This document shows positions 24,627 through 32,000 of a stretch of 32,000 nucleotides of DNA, piece by piece. Source of the DNA: Akkermansia muciniphila ATCC BAA-835 (GTDB lineage: Bacteria > Verrucomicrobiota > Verrucomicrobiia > Verrucomicrobiales > Akkermansiaceae). The notes under the pieces were generated by a model. That model was not told the origin of the DNA, searched no databases, and worked only from the letters and a program-made list of their open reading frames with translations. Made by a program: the position numbers and the translations under genes. The stretch spans positions 1,200,001-1,232,000 of the forward strand of contig NC_010655.1 in assembly GCF_000020225.1 (NCBI RefSeq). The letters are read 5' to 3'. Position 1 is the first letter of the stretch, and the number at the start of each line of letters is the position of its first letter.

Positions 24627-26183
24627 CTATTTGTCCGCGTTTTGCTGGCCCTTTTTATAATTCTCGTTAATACGTTCGATTTCCTCTTGGGTGATGAATT
24701 TTTCCCGGTAGGGTTTGTTTTCCACAGTGCGTTCCAGAGTATAGCCGAAACGCTTCTGGAAATGTTTCTTGTGGGTTTCCATTTTCTTTTCAAACTCTTC
24801 CAGGCTTGGACGGTTCTTGTGGCTGCCCCACGCGGTTTCGGAAACAGCCATGGCGCGGGGGTAGGTCATGTACATCAGCAATTCGCCGGAGGGAATCCAT
24901 TCCGCCCACATGCAGAGGTTGATTCCCTTGATGTGCTTGACGTCATTCTTGTCCCGTCCGTTGCGGGGATCGAAGTTGTAGCAGTCTTTCAGCAGGATGG
25001 GAGCTCCACCGGGCCGGGCGCGCACGTCGTCCGCCGGGAATTTCATCTGGGTACGCGCCAGATAATACTTGAACTGGGGGGTGACGATGAGGTCGATGCC
25101 CTGTTCCTTCGTCTTATCAATGCAACGCGGGAATTCTCCCGGCAGCCAGGACATGACGGTTTCCCCCTTGTGGTAATAGCTCTTGTTGATGTCATACCAC
25201 AGGATGGGCTTTTTCCGGTGCTTGGCGAGCATGGCCGTCAGGCTTTTCGTGAAATCGCTCATCTGGGCTTCCACATTATCCCCCTGGCCCTTTTTGGCTC
25301 GGGCGGCCTGGCAGTCCGGGCACTTCTTCCAGTCCCCCATGGGGCATTCGTCACCTCCGATGTGGATGTACGGGAAAGGGAATATCTGCTGGACGGTATT
25401 GAAGGTATCCTTAAGAAACTTTTTAGTGGCCGGTTTCTGCGGGCAAATCAGCTTGGAGGAAACACCGCCGTGCGTCCATACCTGGGCCCGTTTGGTGTTG
25501 CAGCAGAATTCGGGATAGGACGCGGCCAGGGCCATGTTATGACCCGGCATTTCCACTTCCGGCAGTACCTGGATGCCGCGCGCTTTGCAGTAGGCTACCA
25601 GGTCCTGGAGCTCCTTCTTGGTATACATGCCTTCATTGGCCAGCAGGGAGTTGTTCTGGCTTTCCGGAGCGGAGGGGCGGACGGCGCCGATGGTGCGGAG
25701 CTTGTCGTAGCCCGGAACGGGGAGACGCCAGCCCTGGTCTTCCGTCAGATGGAGATGCAGGACGTTGTATTTGTAATAATGCATGGCGTCCACAAAATTG
25801 TAGATCTCCTTCATGGGATAGTGGTAGCGGCCTACGTCAACCATCATGCCGCGCCAGCCGAAGTCGGGGGAATCCTGGATGCTGCCGCAGGGAAGTCCCT
25901 CAGGAGTATCCGAAAGCTGGTCCTGGAGCTGGAACAGGGTCGCCATGGCCATGGCCTTCCCGTTGGGCGTGGTATAACGGAGTTCCACGCCGCCGGGCGT
26001 TAGTTTCATGGCATACCCTTCATTGCCCAGTCCGGCGACTTTTTGCTCATGGACGATTTTGAGGTTTTTGGTAGTTCCGGAAGTTGTCGTCACGTTGACG
26101 GGCTCCGGAATAATGTTGTAGGGATTGGTTCCGGCCCAGCAGAGGGAGCCCAGGAACGCTGCGGCTAGCAAAATTGATTTCAT
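24627..26183 (-). CDS. GH20 beta-N-acetylhexosaminidase (secreted)
   Basis: Motifs HLHLTEDQGWR and HIGGDECP. Met at 26183 gives the signal peptide MKSILLAAAFLGSLCWA. The ORF-track start at 26243 is a TTG that adds a His/Asn-rich extension, so I do not favour it. Confidence 0.9.
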   Translation of the reverse strand: MKSILLAAAFLGSLCWAGTNPYNIIPEPVNVTTTSGTTKNLKIVHEQKVAGLGNEGYAMKLTPGGVELRYTTPNGKAMAMATLFQLQDQLSDTPEGLPCGSIQDSPDFGWRGMMVDVGRYHYPMKEIYNFVDAMHYYKYNVLHLHLTEDQGWRLPVPGYDKLRTIGAVRPSAPESQNNSLLANEGMYTKKELQDLVAYCKARGIQVLPEVEMPGHNMALAASYPEFCCNTKRAQVWTHGGVSSKLICPQKPATKKFLKDTFNTVQQIFPFPYIHIGGDECPMGDWKKCPDCQAARAKKGQGDNVEAQMSDFTKSLTAMLAKHRKKPILWYDINKSYYHKGETVMSWLPGEFPRCIDKTKEQGIDLIVTPQFKYYLARTQMKFPADDVRARPGGAPILLKDCYNFDPRNGRDKNDVKHIKGINLCMWAEWIPSGELLMYMTYPRAMAVSETAWGSHKNRPSLEEFEKKMETHKKHFQKRFGYTLERTVENKPYREKFITQEEIERINENYKKGQQNADK

Positions 26184-26292
26184 GCGGTGCGTATGGTAAT
26201 GGTTGTTTGTGTGAGGATTTAAACCCTGTTCCTCCGTCGTCAATGGCGTGTTCCGGACAACCGTGTTTCGGGAGGAACGGTGAATGGCGGCG

Positions 26293-28050
26293 TCAATCTC
26301 TGGAGGGAGCGCAGTCCCACTGCGGCTTGACGGCCAGTTTGCCGGTGGCCCCGGGGAAGCCTTCCGGTACCTGGTAGTCTTTGCGGAGCTTGCCGTACAG
26401 GGCTTTGAGTTCTTTCACGGTTTCCGCATATTCCGGTTTGTTGATGACGTTGTGCATTTGGGCCGGGTCCTTCTGGTTGTCAAAGAGCATCCATTCGTCG
26501 CTGGTCCAGATATAGGACAGCGTGTAGCGGTCCGTGCGCAGGCCATCATGGCGCGGAGCGTTGTGTTCACCCGGATTTTCGTAAAAGGCGTAGTAAAGAG
26601 AACGGTTTTTGAAATCCTGATGTTCTCCGGTCTTGAACAGGGGAGTGAGGCTGCGGCCCTGGAAGGTATTCATATTTTCCTTGGTATTTACCCCGGCCAC
26701 GTCGCAGAAAGTGGGAGCATAATCCAGTTCCTGCACCATGGCGGAGGAGCGCACGCCCGGCCTGATGTGGCCCGGCCATCTCATGATGAGGGGCATGCGG
26801 AAGGATTCTTCGAAAATCCAGCGTTTGTCGTACAGGCCGTGTTCGCCCATGTAGAATCCCTGGTCTCCGCAGTAGAGCACCAGCGTATTCCTGTCCAGAC
26901 CGTTTTGTTTCAGATAGTCCATGATCTGGCCGATGCTTTCGTCCACGGAAAGAACGGTGCCCAGATAGTCTTCCATATAATGGCGCCAGCGGCGCAGCAA
27001 AATGTCGCGCTGCGTTTTGATTTTCCCGTTTTTAATATCTTTGACAAGCTGTACGGTACGGGCCTTGTGGTAGTTGTACCAGGCTTCCTTCTGCTGCGGG
27101 TCCATGCGCACCCATTCCGGCATTTCCCAGTCATACTGAGTATGCAGGGTCTTGGATTCCGGGCAGGAAAGCATTTTCTGGATGTCTTCGGGGACCACCT
27201 CCTTGATCAGGTGTTCGTCAGACCATACGTTGAAATGGTTGAGCAGGGTTTGTTCCGTCATTTTCAGGAATTCCGGGCGGTCTGCAAAATCGTCTTCCAG
27301 ATTGGCGGGCGGGTCAATGGCGTCCGCATACTGTTTGGCGCGGCCCAGATTCTGAATGGAGGGGCACCAGCAACGGTGGGGTGCCTTGTGGCCCACGACG
27401 AGCATGAAGGGTTTGTTCTTGTCCCTCTGGTCCAGCCATTTGAGGCTTTTTTGCGTAACCAGTTCCGTGGCATAGCCGGGCTCCGTTTTCACCACGCGTT
27501 TGCCGTCCTTGCCGGGAGTGATGAAATCCGGATTGAAATAGTTGCCCTGGCCGGGGAAAATTTCCCAGTAATCGAATCCGGTGGGGTCGGATTCATATTT
27601 GGACGTATCTCCCTTGGCGCCCGGCGGAATGGCTTCCAGGTGCCACTTGCCGACAATAGCCGTCTGGTAACCGGCCTTTTGGAGCATTTTCGGGAAAGTG
27701 GGCTGGGAACCGTCAAAGGGAGCCGCATGTTCGTTGAAGAGGTACCCGTTCATGTGGGAATGGCGGCCAGTGTAAATACAGGCCCGCGAAGGTCCGCACA
27801 GGGAGTTGGCGCAGTAGCTCCGGTCAAAGACCATGCCTTCGTCCGCCAGTTTGCGGAAGTTCGGATAAGGCATGGGAGAATCCTTTTCACAGGTGCCCAG
27901 GGTCTGGTAGGAATGGTCGTCGGTGACAATGACCACGATGTTGGGGCGCTGGTCCGGCGTCTGCTTTTGAGGCTGGTCCGCGGAAGCGGACAGGGAACAG
28001 GCCGCAAGCATCAGGGCGGTGGCGGCATGACGGTTCATTGTTGAAATCAT
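26293..28050 (-). CDS. Cys-type sulfatase (formylglycine-dependent; glycan/GlcNAc-6-sulfatase-like)
   Basis: 585 aa. Signal peptide (AATALMLAACSLSASA). IVVIVTDDHSY metal-binding motif. SLCGPSRACIYTGR matches the C-x-P-x-R formylglycine signature. Confidence 0.9.
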   Translation of the reverse strand: MISTMNRHAATALMLAACSLSASADQPQKQTPDQRPNIVVIVTDDHSYQTLGTCEKDSPMPYPNFRKLADEGMVFDRSYCANSLCGPSRACIYTGRHSHMNGYLFNEHAAPFDGSQPTFPKMLQKAGYQTAIVGKWHLEAIPPGAKGDTSKYESDPTGFDYWEIFPGQGNYFNPDFITPGKDGKRVVKTEPGYATELVTQKSLKWLDQRDKNKPFMLVVGHKAPHRCWCPSIQNLGRAKQYADAIDPPANLEDDFADRPEFLKMTEQTLLNHFNVWSDEHLIKEVVPEDIQKMLSCPESKTLHTQYDWEMPEWVRMDPQQKEAWYNYHKARTVQLVKDIKNGKIKTQRDILLRRWRHYMEDYLGTVLSVDESIGQIMDYLKQNGLDRNTLVLYCGDQGFYMGEHGLYDKRWIFEESFRMPLIMRWPGHIRPGVRSSAMVQELDYAPTFCDVAGVNTKENMNTFQGRSLTPLFKTGEHQDFKNRSLYYAFYENPGEHNAPRHDGLRTDRYTLSYIWTSDEWMLFDNQKDPAQMHNVINKPEYAETVKELKALYGKLRKDYQVPEGFPGATGKLAVKPQWDCAPSRD

Positions 28051-28268
28051 GAATTAAACAGGCGAATGGTTGGAGGGGGATGCGGCAGAATTTGTCCGCA
28101 AGGGCATTCCTGCCGGTCCGGAAAAGACCACATCCCCGAAAGAAAAAACGCTGGAAGAGAGTTTTAGGAAAAATAAAACATCAGTTTCATATTTCAATAC
28201 AAAAATGGGGATGGAGCGGAAGCCCATGAATAAGCCGTTCCGCAGCCGGACGGCAGGAGAAAAGCCGT

Positions 28269-29252
28269 TCAGGCGCCACGTGGGCCGGAGCGCTTGTTCC
28301 GGCCGTTGTTTTCATGGGATTCTTTCTGCTCCAGGAGCCATGTTCTGTCTTCAAGGCTGAGCCTTTTCAGGGATGTTCTGCTCTGGTGCCCGTCCAGCTC
28401 CTGAAGCCAGAGAGTCTGGGTCTTTTCCGAATAACGGGAAAGCTTGGCGAAGACGGTATTTCCGTTGACTCCTGTCCAGACCCGGTAGCCTTTGGGAATC
28501 AGCGTTTTTTTAAACTCTTCATATTGCTGCTTCGCCAGTTTGACGCTGTTCTTGATCTGGTCAAAATAAAGGGCGTTTTGTCCGGTATAATAACCGCGCA
28601 ACGTATCCACTTTGGAGCCGTCCGGAGACATGACCAGAAGCACGGGCGTTCCTCTCACGCCAAACAGGGAGGGAGCCTTTTTCACATACTCCAGCATCTT
28701 CTGGCGCTTCCTGTAAACAGGTTCGCTTTCAAATTTTTCCGCCTGGTCGTAACAGACGCGGACGACATTCCTTTTCGCCCAGTCTTCAAATTCCTTCGTA
28801 TGGAGAAGTTCTGCCCCCAGCTTTTTGCTGGGAGGGCTGCCCACGGAATGGTGGAACCAGATGAGAATGGGTTTCCCGGTACTCTGGGCTTCCCGGAGGG
28901 CGGTGGGATAGCTTTGGATCCAGCGTTCGTTTTCCTTACGCTGGGCGAAAGCTTCTTCCAGCCCGGGGATGGGGGCGTCCGGGTCATGAGCGTCCGTGTA
29001 ATAGACGGCCCCGCTGTCTGCCCTGGTCATTTCCTCCTGTGTGGTGGCGGTAAGATGGGTGGCCTGTTGCTGATTCGGAGTAGTGCTCAACAGCCCCGTC
29101 GGCACATTGGCGATGGAATTGGTCTTGTTATCCTGCATGTATTCCGAAAGGCTTTTTTTTACCTTTGGTTCTTCCTGTTCCGGAGAGGTTCCCACGCAGG
29201 AACAGAGAGCCGCGGACGCAAACAGGAGCATGGACAGCCTGGGCAGACTCAT
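28269..29252 (-). CDS. Lipoprotein with a thioredoxin-fold-like domain lacking CxxC, plus a C-terminal SHD1-like domain
   Basis: Met at 29252 gives MSLPRLSMLLFASAALCSC (lipobox-like). GKPILIWFHHSVGSPPSKKL sits where thioredoxin-like proteins carry WCxxC. C-terminal RVWTGVNGNTVFAKL...LQELDGHQSRTSLKRLSLEDRTWL resembles an SLA1-homology (SHD1) domain. The 447-aa ORF-track form adds a G/P/R-rich extension that I do not accept. Confidence 0.7.
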   Translation of the reverse strand: MSLPRLSMLLFASAALCSCVGTSPEQEEPKVKKSLSEYMQDNKTNSIANVPTGLLSTTPNQQQATHLTATTQEEMTRADSGAVYYTDAHDPDAPIPGLEEAFAQRKENERWIQSYPTALREAQSTGKPILIWFHHSVGSPPSKKLGAELLHTKEFEDWAKRNVVRVCYDQAEKFESEPVYRKRQKMLEYVKKAPSLFGVRGTPVLLVMSPDGSKVDTLRGYYTGQNALYFDQIKNSVKLAKQQYEEFKKTLIPKGYRVWTGVNGNTVFAKLSRYSEKTQTLWLQELDGHQSRTSLKRLSLEDRTWLLEQKESHENNGRNKRSGPRGA

Positions 29253-29317
29253 GACTGACCTGATAGCATAACAGGGAAAAATGCGCAACCGGGAATTGTT
29301 CAACGGCCGCGGCGGTT

Positions 29318-29599
29318 TCAGTATTTCCTGGCTTCCTGTTCCTTCTGCTTCCGGTCCCGTATGGCGATATCCAGGGGGTGCATGTAGCGATCGTTGATGT
29401 GGCTCACCCTGCTGGTGCGCAGCTTCTTTTCGTACCGTTTGCCCCGGTTTCCCCTGAACAGGAATTCGGACCCCGGAATGCGGCCCACAGTCCGGTAGAT
29501 CAGCTCGTCGATTTCCTCCTCTTCCCGGTAGCCGGCCAGCCTGATGTAGCATTCCTCCTCCCGGGGATGGTTGGGGAAGTAGTGCAGGAGGTGTTTCAT
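29318..29599 (-). CDS. Small basic hypothetical protein
   Basis: 93 aa, ATG start, balanced and charged composition (MKHLLHYFPNHPREEECYIRLAGY...). It fills the gap between lepA and the lipoprotein gene. It competes with the low-complexity extension of ORF 28269..29612, which is in another frame. Confidence 0.5.
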   Translation of the reverse strand: MKHLLHYFPNHPREEECYIRLAGYREEEEIDELIYRTVGRIPGSEFLFRGNRGKRYEKKLRTSRVSHINDRYMHPLDIAIRDRKQKEQEARKY

Positions 29600-29682
29600 G
29601 GCCCATATTCAAACGGAAAAATGTATAAATCCGGGAAGGAAACAGAAGACCCCGTTTGGATGCCTTGAGGGAAGAAAATGGG

Positions 29683-31482
29683 TTAATCCCCCGTTTTCAG
29701 CACCTTGATGAACGCTTCCTGCGGAATGTTGATTTTTCCGATGGCCTTCATGCGCTTTTTGCCCTCCTTCTGCTTTTCCAGAAGTTTGCGCTTGCGGGTG
29801 ACGTCCCCGCCGTAGCATTTGGCCGTCACGTCCTTGCGCATGGGGGAGATGCTTTCCCGGGCAATGATCTTTCCGCCAATGCAGGCCTGAATGGCGACGG
29901 TGAAGAGCTGGCGGGGAATGACGTTTTTCAGGCGTTCCGCCAGTTCCCTGCCGCGGGAGGCTGCCTTGTCCTGGTGAACGATCATGGAGAAAGCATCCAC
30001 CGGTTCCCCGGCGATGAGCATGTCCATTTTAATGAGCTTGGCGGCCTGGTAGCCGGCGTATTCATAATCCATGGAGCCGTAGCCGCGCGTCATGGATTTG
30101 AGCTTGTCGTTGAAATCCACCAGAATTTCCGCCAGAGGGACGGTGCAGGTGAGCATTACGCGCATGTCGTCAATGGTCTCCGTATTGTCCACGCTGCCGC
30201 GTTTTTCCAGGACAAGTTGCATGATATCCCCGATGTATTCCCCAGGAAGCATAATGAACACCTTGACGATAGGTTCCCGGATTTCCTGAATTTCCTGCGG
30301 TTCCGGGAGCAGGCTGGGATTATCCACATTGATTTCCTCTCCATTGGTCTTGGTGACCTCATAAATCACGGAGGGGTAGGTGGAGATGATATCCATGTTG
30401 AATTCCCGGCGCAGACGCTCTTGGATAATTTCCATATGGAGCAGGCCAAGGAAGCCGCAACGGAACCCGAAGCCCAGAGCTACGGAAGATTCCGCCTGGA
30501 AGGAGAAAGCGGCGTCATTAATCTGAAGCTTCGCCATGGCCGCTTTCAGGGCTTCAAAATCGGAGGAATCCACCGGATAAATGCCGGAAAAGACCATGGG
30601 GCGGATTTCCTTGAAACCGGGCAGGGGGGATGGGCAGGGGCGCATGTAATCCGTATACGTGTCCCCGATCTTGACATCAGCCGCGGATTTCATGTTGGCG
30701 ATGATGTAGCCTACGTCACCGGCTTCCAGGGAATCCGTTCGGGTCATTTTGGGAGTGAAGATACCCACTTCCTTCACTTCATACACTTCGTCCGTTGCGA
30801 AAAGTTTGACTTTCATGCCGCGGTGCACGCTGCCGGAAATGACGCGCACATAGGAGACTACACCGCGGTAGGCGTCGTAAACGGAATCGAACACCAGGGC
30901 GCGCAGAAGGCCGTCCTGTTCCGTTTCAGGCGGAGGGATGCGCTGAACAACGGCTTCCAGAATATCGTCAATGCCGATGCCCATCTTGGCGGAGGCATGG
31001 ATGGCTTCCTCATGGGGGATGCAGACGATGTCCTCCAGCTGGCGGTACACTTTGGGCAGGTTGGCGCTGGGAAGGTCAATCTTATTGATGACGGGGATAA
31101 TGGCCAGGTTCAGATCCATGGCCAGGTGCATGTTGGCAAGTGTCTGGGCTTCCACTCCCTGGGCTGCGTCCACAATAAGGAGGGCTCCTTCGCATGCCGC
31201 CAGGGAACGGGACACTTCATAGGAGAAATCCACATGGCCCGGCGTATCCAGCAGATTGAGCTTGTAAGTCTTTCCGTCCCCGGCCTTGTAGAAAATGGTA
31301 ACGGGGTGGGACTTGATGGTGATGCCCTTTTCCCGCTCCAGGTCCATGGCGTCCAGAAGCTGATCCTGCTTCTCCCGTTCGGAAATGGTATTCGTCTTTT
31401 CCAGCAGCCGGTCGGAAAGGGTGGTCTTTCCGTGGTCGATGTGAGCGATAATGGAGAAATTGCGAGTCAGTTCAATGGACAT
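29683..31482 (-). CDS. lepA: Translation elongation factor 4 (LepA)
   Basis: 599 aa. NFSIIAHIDHGKTTLSDRLL (G1), DTPGHVDF (G3), and the LepA-specific C-terminal region. Confidence 0.95.
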   Translation of the reverse strand: MSIELTRNFSIIAHIDHGKTTLSDRLLEKTNTISEREKQDQLLDAMDLEREKGITIKSHPVTIFYKAGDGKTYKLNLLDTPGHVDFSYEVSRSLAACEGALLIVDAAQGVEAQTLANMHLAMDLNLAIIPVINKIDLPSANLPKVYRQLEDIVCIPHEEAIHASAKMGIGIDDILEAVVQRIPPPETEQDGLLRALVFDSVYDAYRGVVSYVRVISGSVHRGMKVKLFATDEVYEVKEVGIFTPKMTRTDSLEAGDVGYIIANMKSAADVKIGDTYTDYMRPCPSPLPGFKEIRPMVFSGIYPVDSSDFEALKAAMAKLQINDAAFSFQAESSVALGFGFRCGFLGLLHMEIIQERLRREFNMDIISTYPSVIYEVTKTNGEEINVDNPSLLPEPQEIQEIREPIVKVFIMLPGEYIGDIMQLVLEKRGSVDNTETIDDMRVMLTCTVPLAEILVDFNDKLKSMTRGYGSMDYEYAGYQAAKLIKMDMLIAGEPVDAFSMIVHQDKAASRGRELAERLKNVIPRQLFTVAIQACIGGKIIARESISPMRKDVTAKCYGGDVTRKRKLLEKQKEGKKRMKAIGKINIPQEAFIKVLKTGD

Positions 31483-31729
31483 GGTGGTCTCTACCCTTCT
31501 AACATGAGTGCCCTGTGCGCGGGGAGGGTAACATAGCCCATGCGGCGGTCAAGACTTGAACATGACTGCCTCCCGTTCCCTGCCGCGTCGGCTTCATTCG
31601 CTCCGGGAAAACCGTCATTCATGACAGGGGCTGCGCTGGGAGATTGAACGTGAGGGAAGAAGGAAGGCTCTTAACCGGTACAGGCACGTGAACCTTTTCC
31701 CGTGCGGTCATTTCTTACCCAGCCAGCAT

Positions 31730-31933
31730 ATGAAATCTTTTTTAGCAGCCATTTTAAGCCTATTTATTCCCGGTCTCGGCCAGTTGTACAAGGGCCACTT
31801 TGTCCAGGCCATCATCTGGTTCCTGGTGGTGGGTGCGGCTTACGGCCTTCTGTATTGGTTCATCTTTGCACTCGTTCCTATTGTCCTGCATATCATTTGT
31901 ATTTTGCAGGCCTACTTCATGGACAATGAATGA
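31730..31933 (+). CDS. Small two-TM membrane protein (PGLGQxYxG motif, TM2-like)
   Basis: ATG at 31730 gives MKSFLAAILSLFIPGLGQLYKGHF followed by two hydrophobic helices. The ORF-track form starts at a GTG at 31688. Confidence 0.55.
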   Translation: MKSFLAAILSLFIPGLGQLYKGHFVQAIIWFLVVGAAYGLLYWFIFALVPIVLHIICILQAYFMDNE

Positions 31934-32000
31934 TGACTGCCGTTTCGGCTTCACAGCCAGGATGGCTGAAAGGGCAGCGCATCCTGCGGATTGGCAGCGG
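31933..32000 (+). CDS. Possible 5' end of a further gene, truncated by the window edge
   Basis: The ATG at 31933 overlaps the preceding TGA by 1 nt (TGATG). The frame stays open to the window end (MTAVSASQPGWLKGQRILRIGS...). Too short to judge. Confidence 0.2.
   Translation, partial: MTAVSASQPGWLKGQRILRIGS

Noticed and set aside
24606-28044. Long plus-strand ORFs (24606..26003, 465 aa; 26284..28044, 586 aa) mirroring the GH20 and sulfatase genes almost end to end
   Set aside because: These are classic shadow ORFs. The minus-strand frames carry unambiguous catalytic signatures (HLHLTEDQGWR, GGDE, C-x-P-x-R).
29656-31536. 626-aa plus-strand ORF opposite lepA
   Set aside because: lepA on the minus strand is unmistakable. 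The plus-strand frame is G/H/V/F-rich shadow sequence.
1-32000. Search for CRISPR arrays, rRNA/tRNA genes, IS elements, integrases and prophage hallmarks
   Set aside because: I saw no regularly spaced direct repeats, no rRNA- or tRNA-like structures, and no transposase, integrase, terminase or capsid-like ORFs. Absence judged by eye is not proof; Infernal, ISfinder or PHASTER-type scans would settle it.

Overview
About 30 protein-coding genes. By eye I found no rRNA, tRNA, CRISPR array, transposase or integrase. The gene content includes a GH31 enzyme, a GH20 beta-hexosaminidase, a Cys-type sulfatase, an SGNH esterase and a PEP-CTERM surface protein. Together with the fairly GC-rich composition, this suggests a chromosomal segment of a mucin-glycan-degrading Verrucomicrobiota, possibly Akkermansia-like. 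That assignment is inference and was not verified. Housekeeping genes include cysS, lepA, hslO, a cyclophilin PPIase and an ABC-F ATPase.

Four loci stand out.
1. 6019-9546: an orphan LytTR DNA-binding protein followed by a tightly packed five-gene operon. The operon holds three divergent paralogs that share a bipartite sequence signature (DUF2589-like from memory), a zinc-ribbon miniprotein and a small secreted protein. None has a recognisable function. This is my best candidate for an undescribed system.
2. 11402-13659: an AT-richer two-gene insert. It encodes a signal-less protein with a PA14-like domain and an HExxH motif. Its C-terminal domain is paralogous to the secreted protein encoded by the translationally coupled downstream gene.
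3. 21509-21688: a perfect 21-bp inverted repeat flanking a 138-bp AT-rich promoter-like segment, 14 bp upstream of the PEP-CTERM protein gene. This is a candidate invertible, phase-variable promoter.
4. 3490-4163: the GH31 enzyme carries both a dockerin-like and a cohesin-like module.

All product calls come from motif recognition by eye and memory of protein families. No database search was run.
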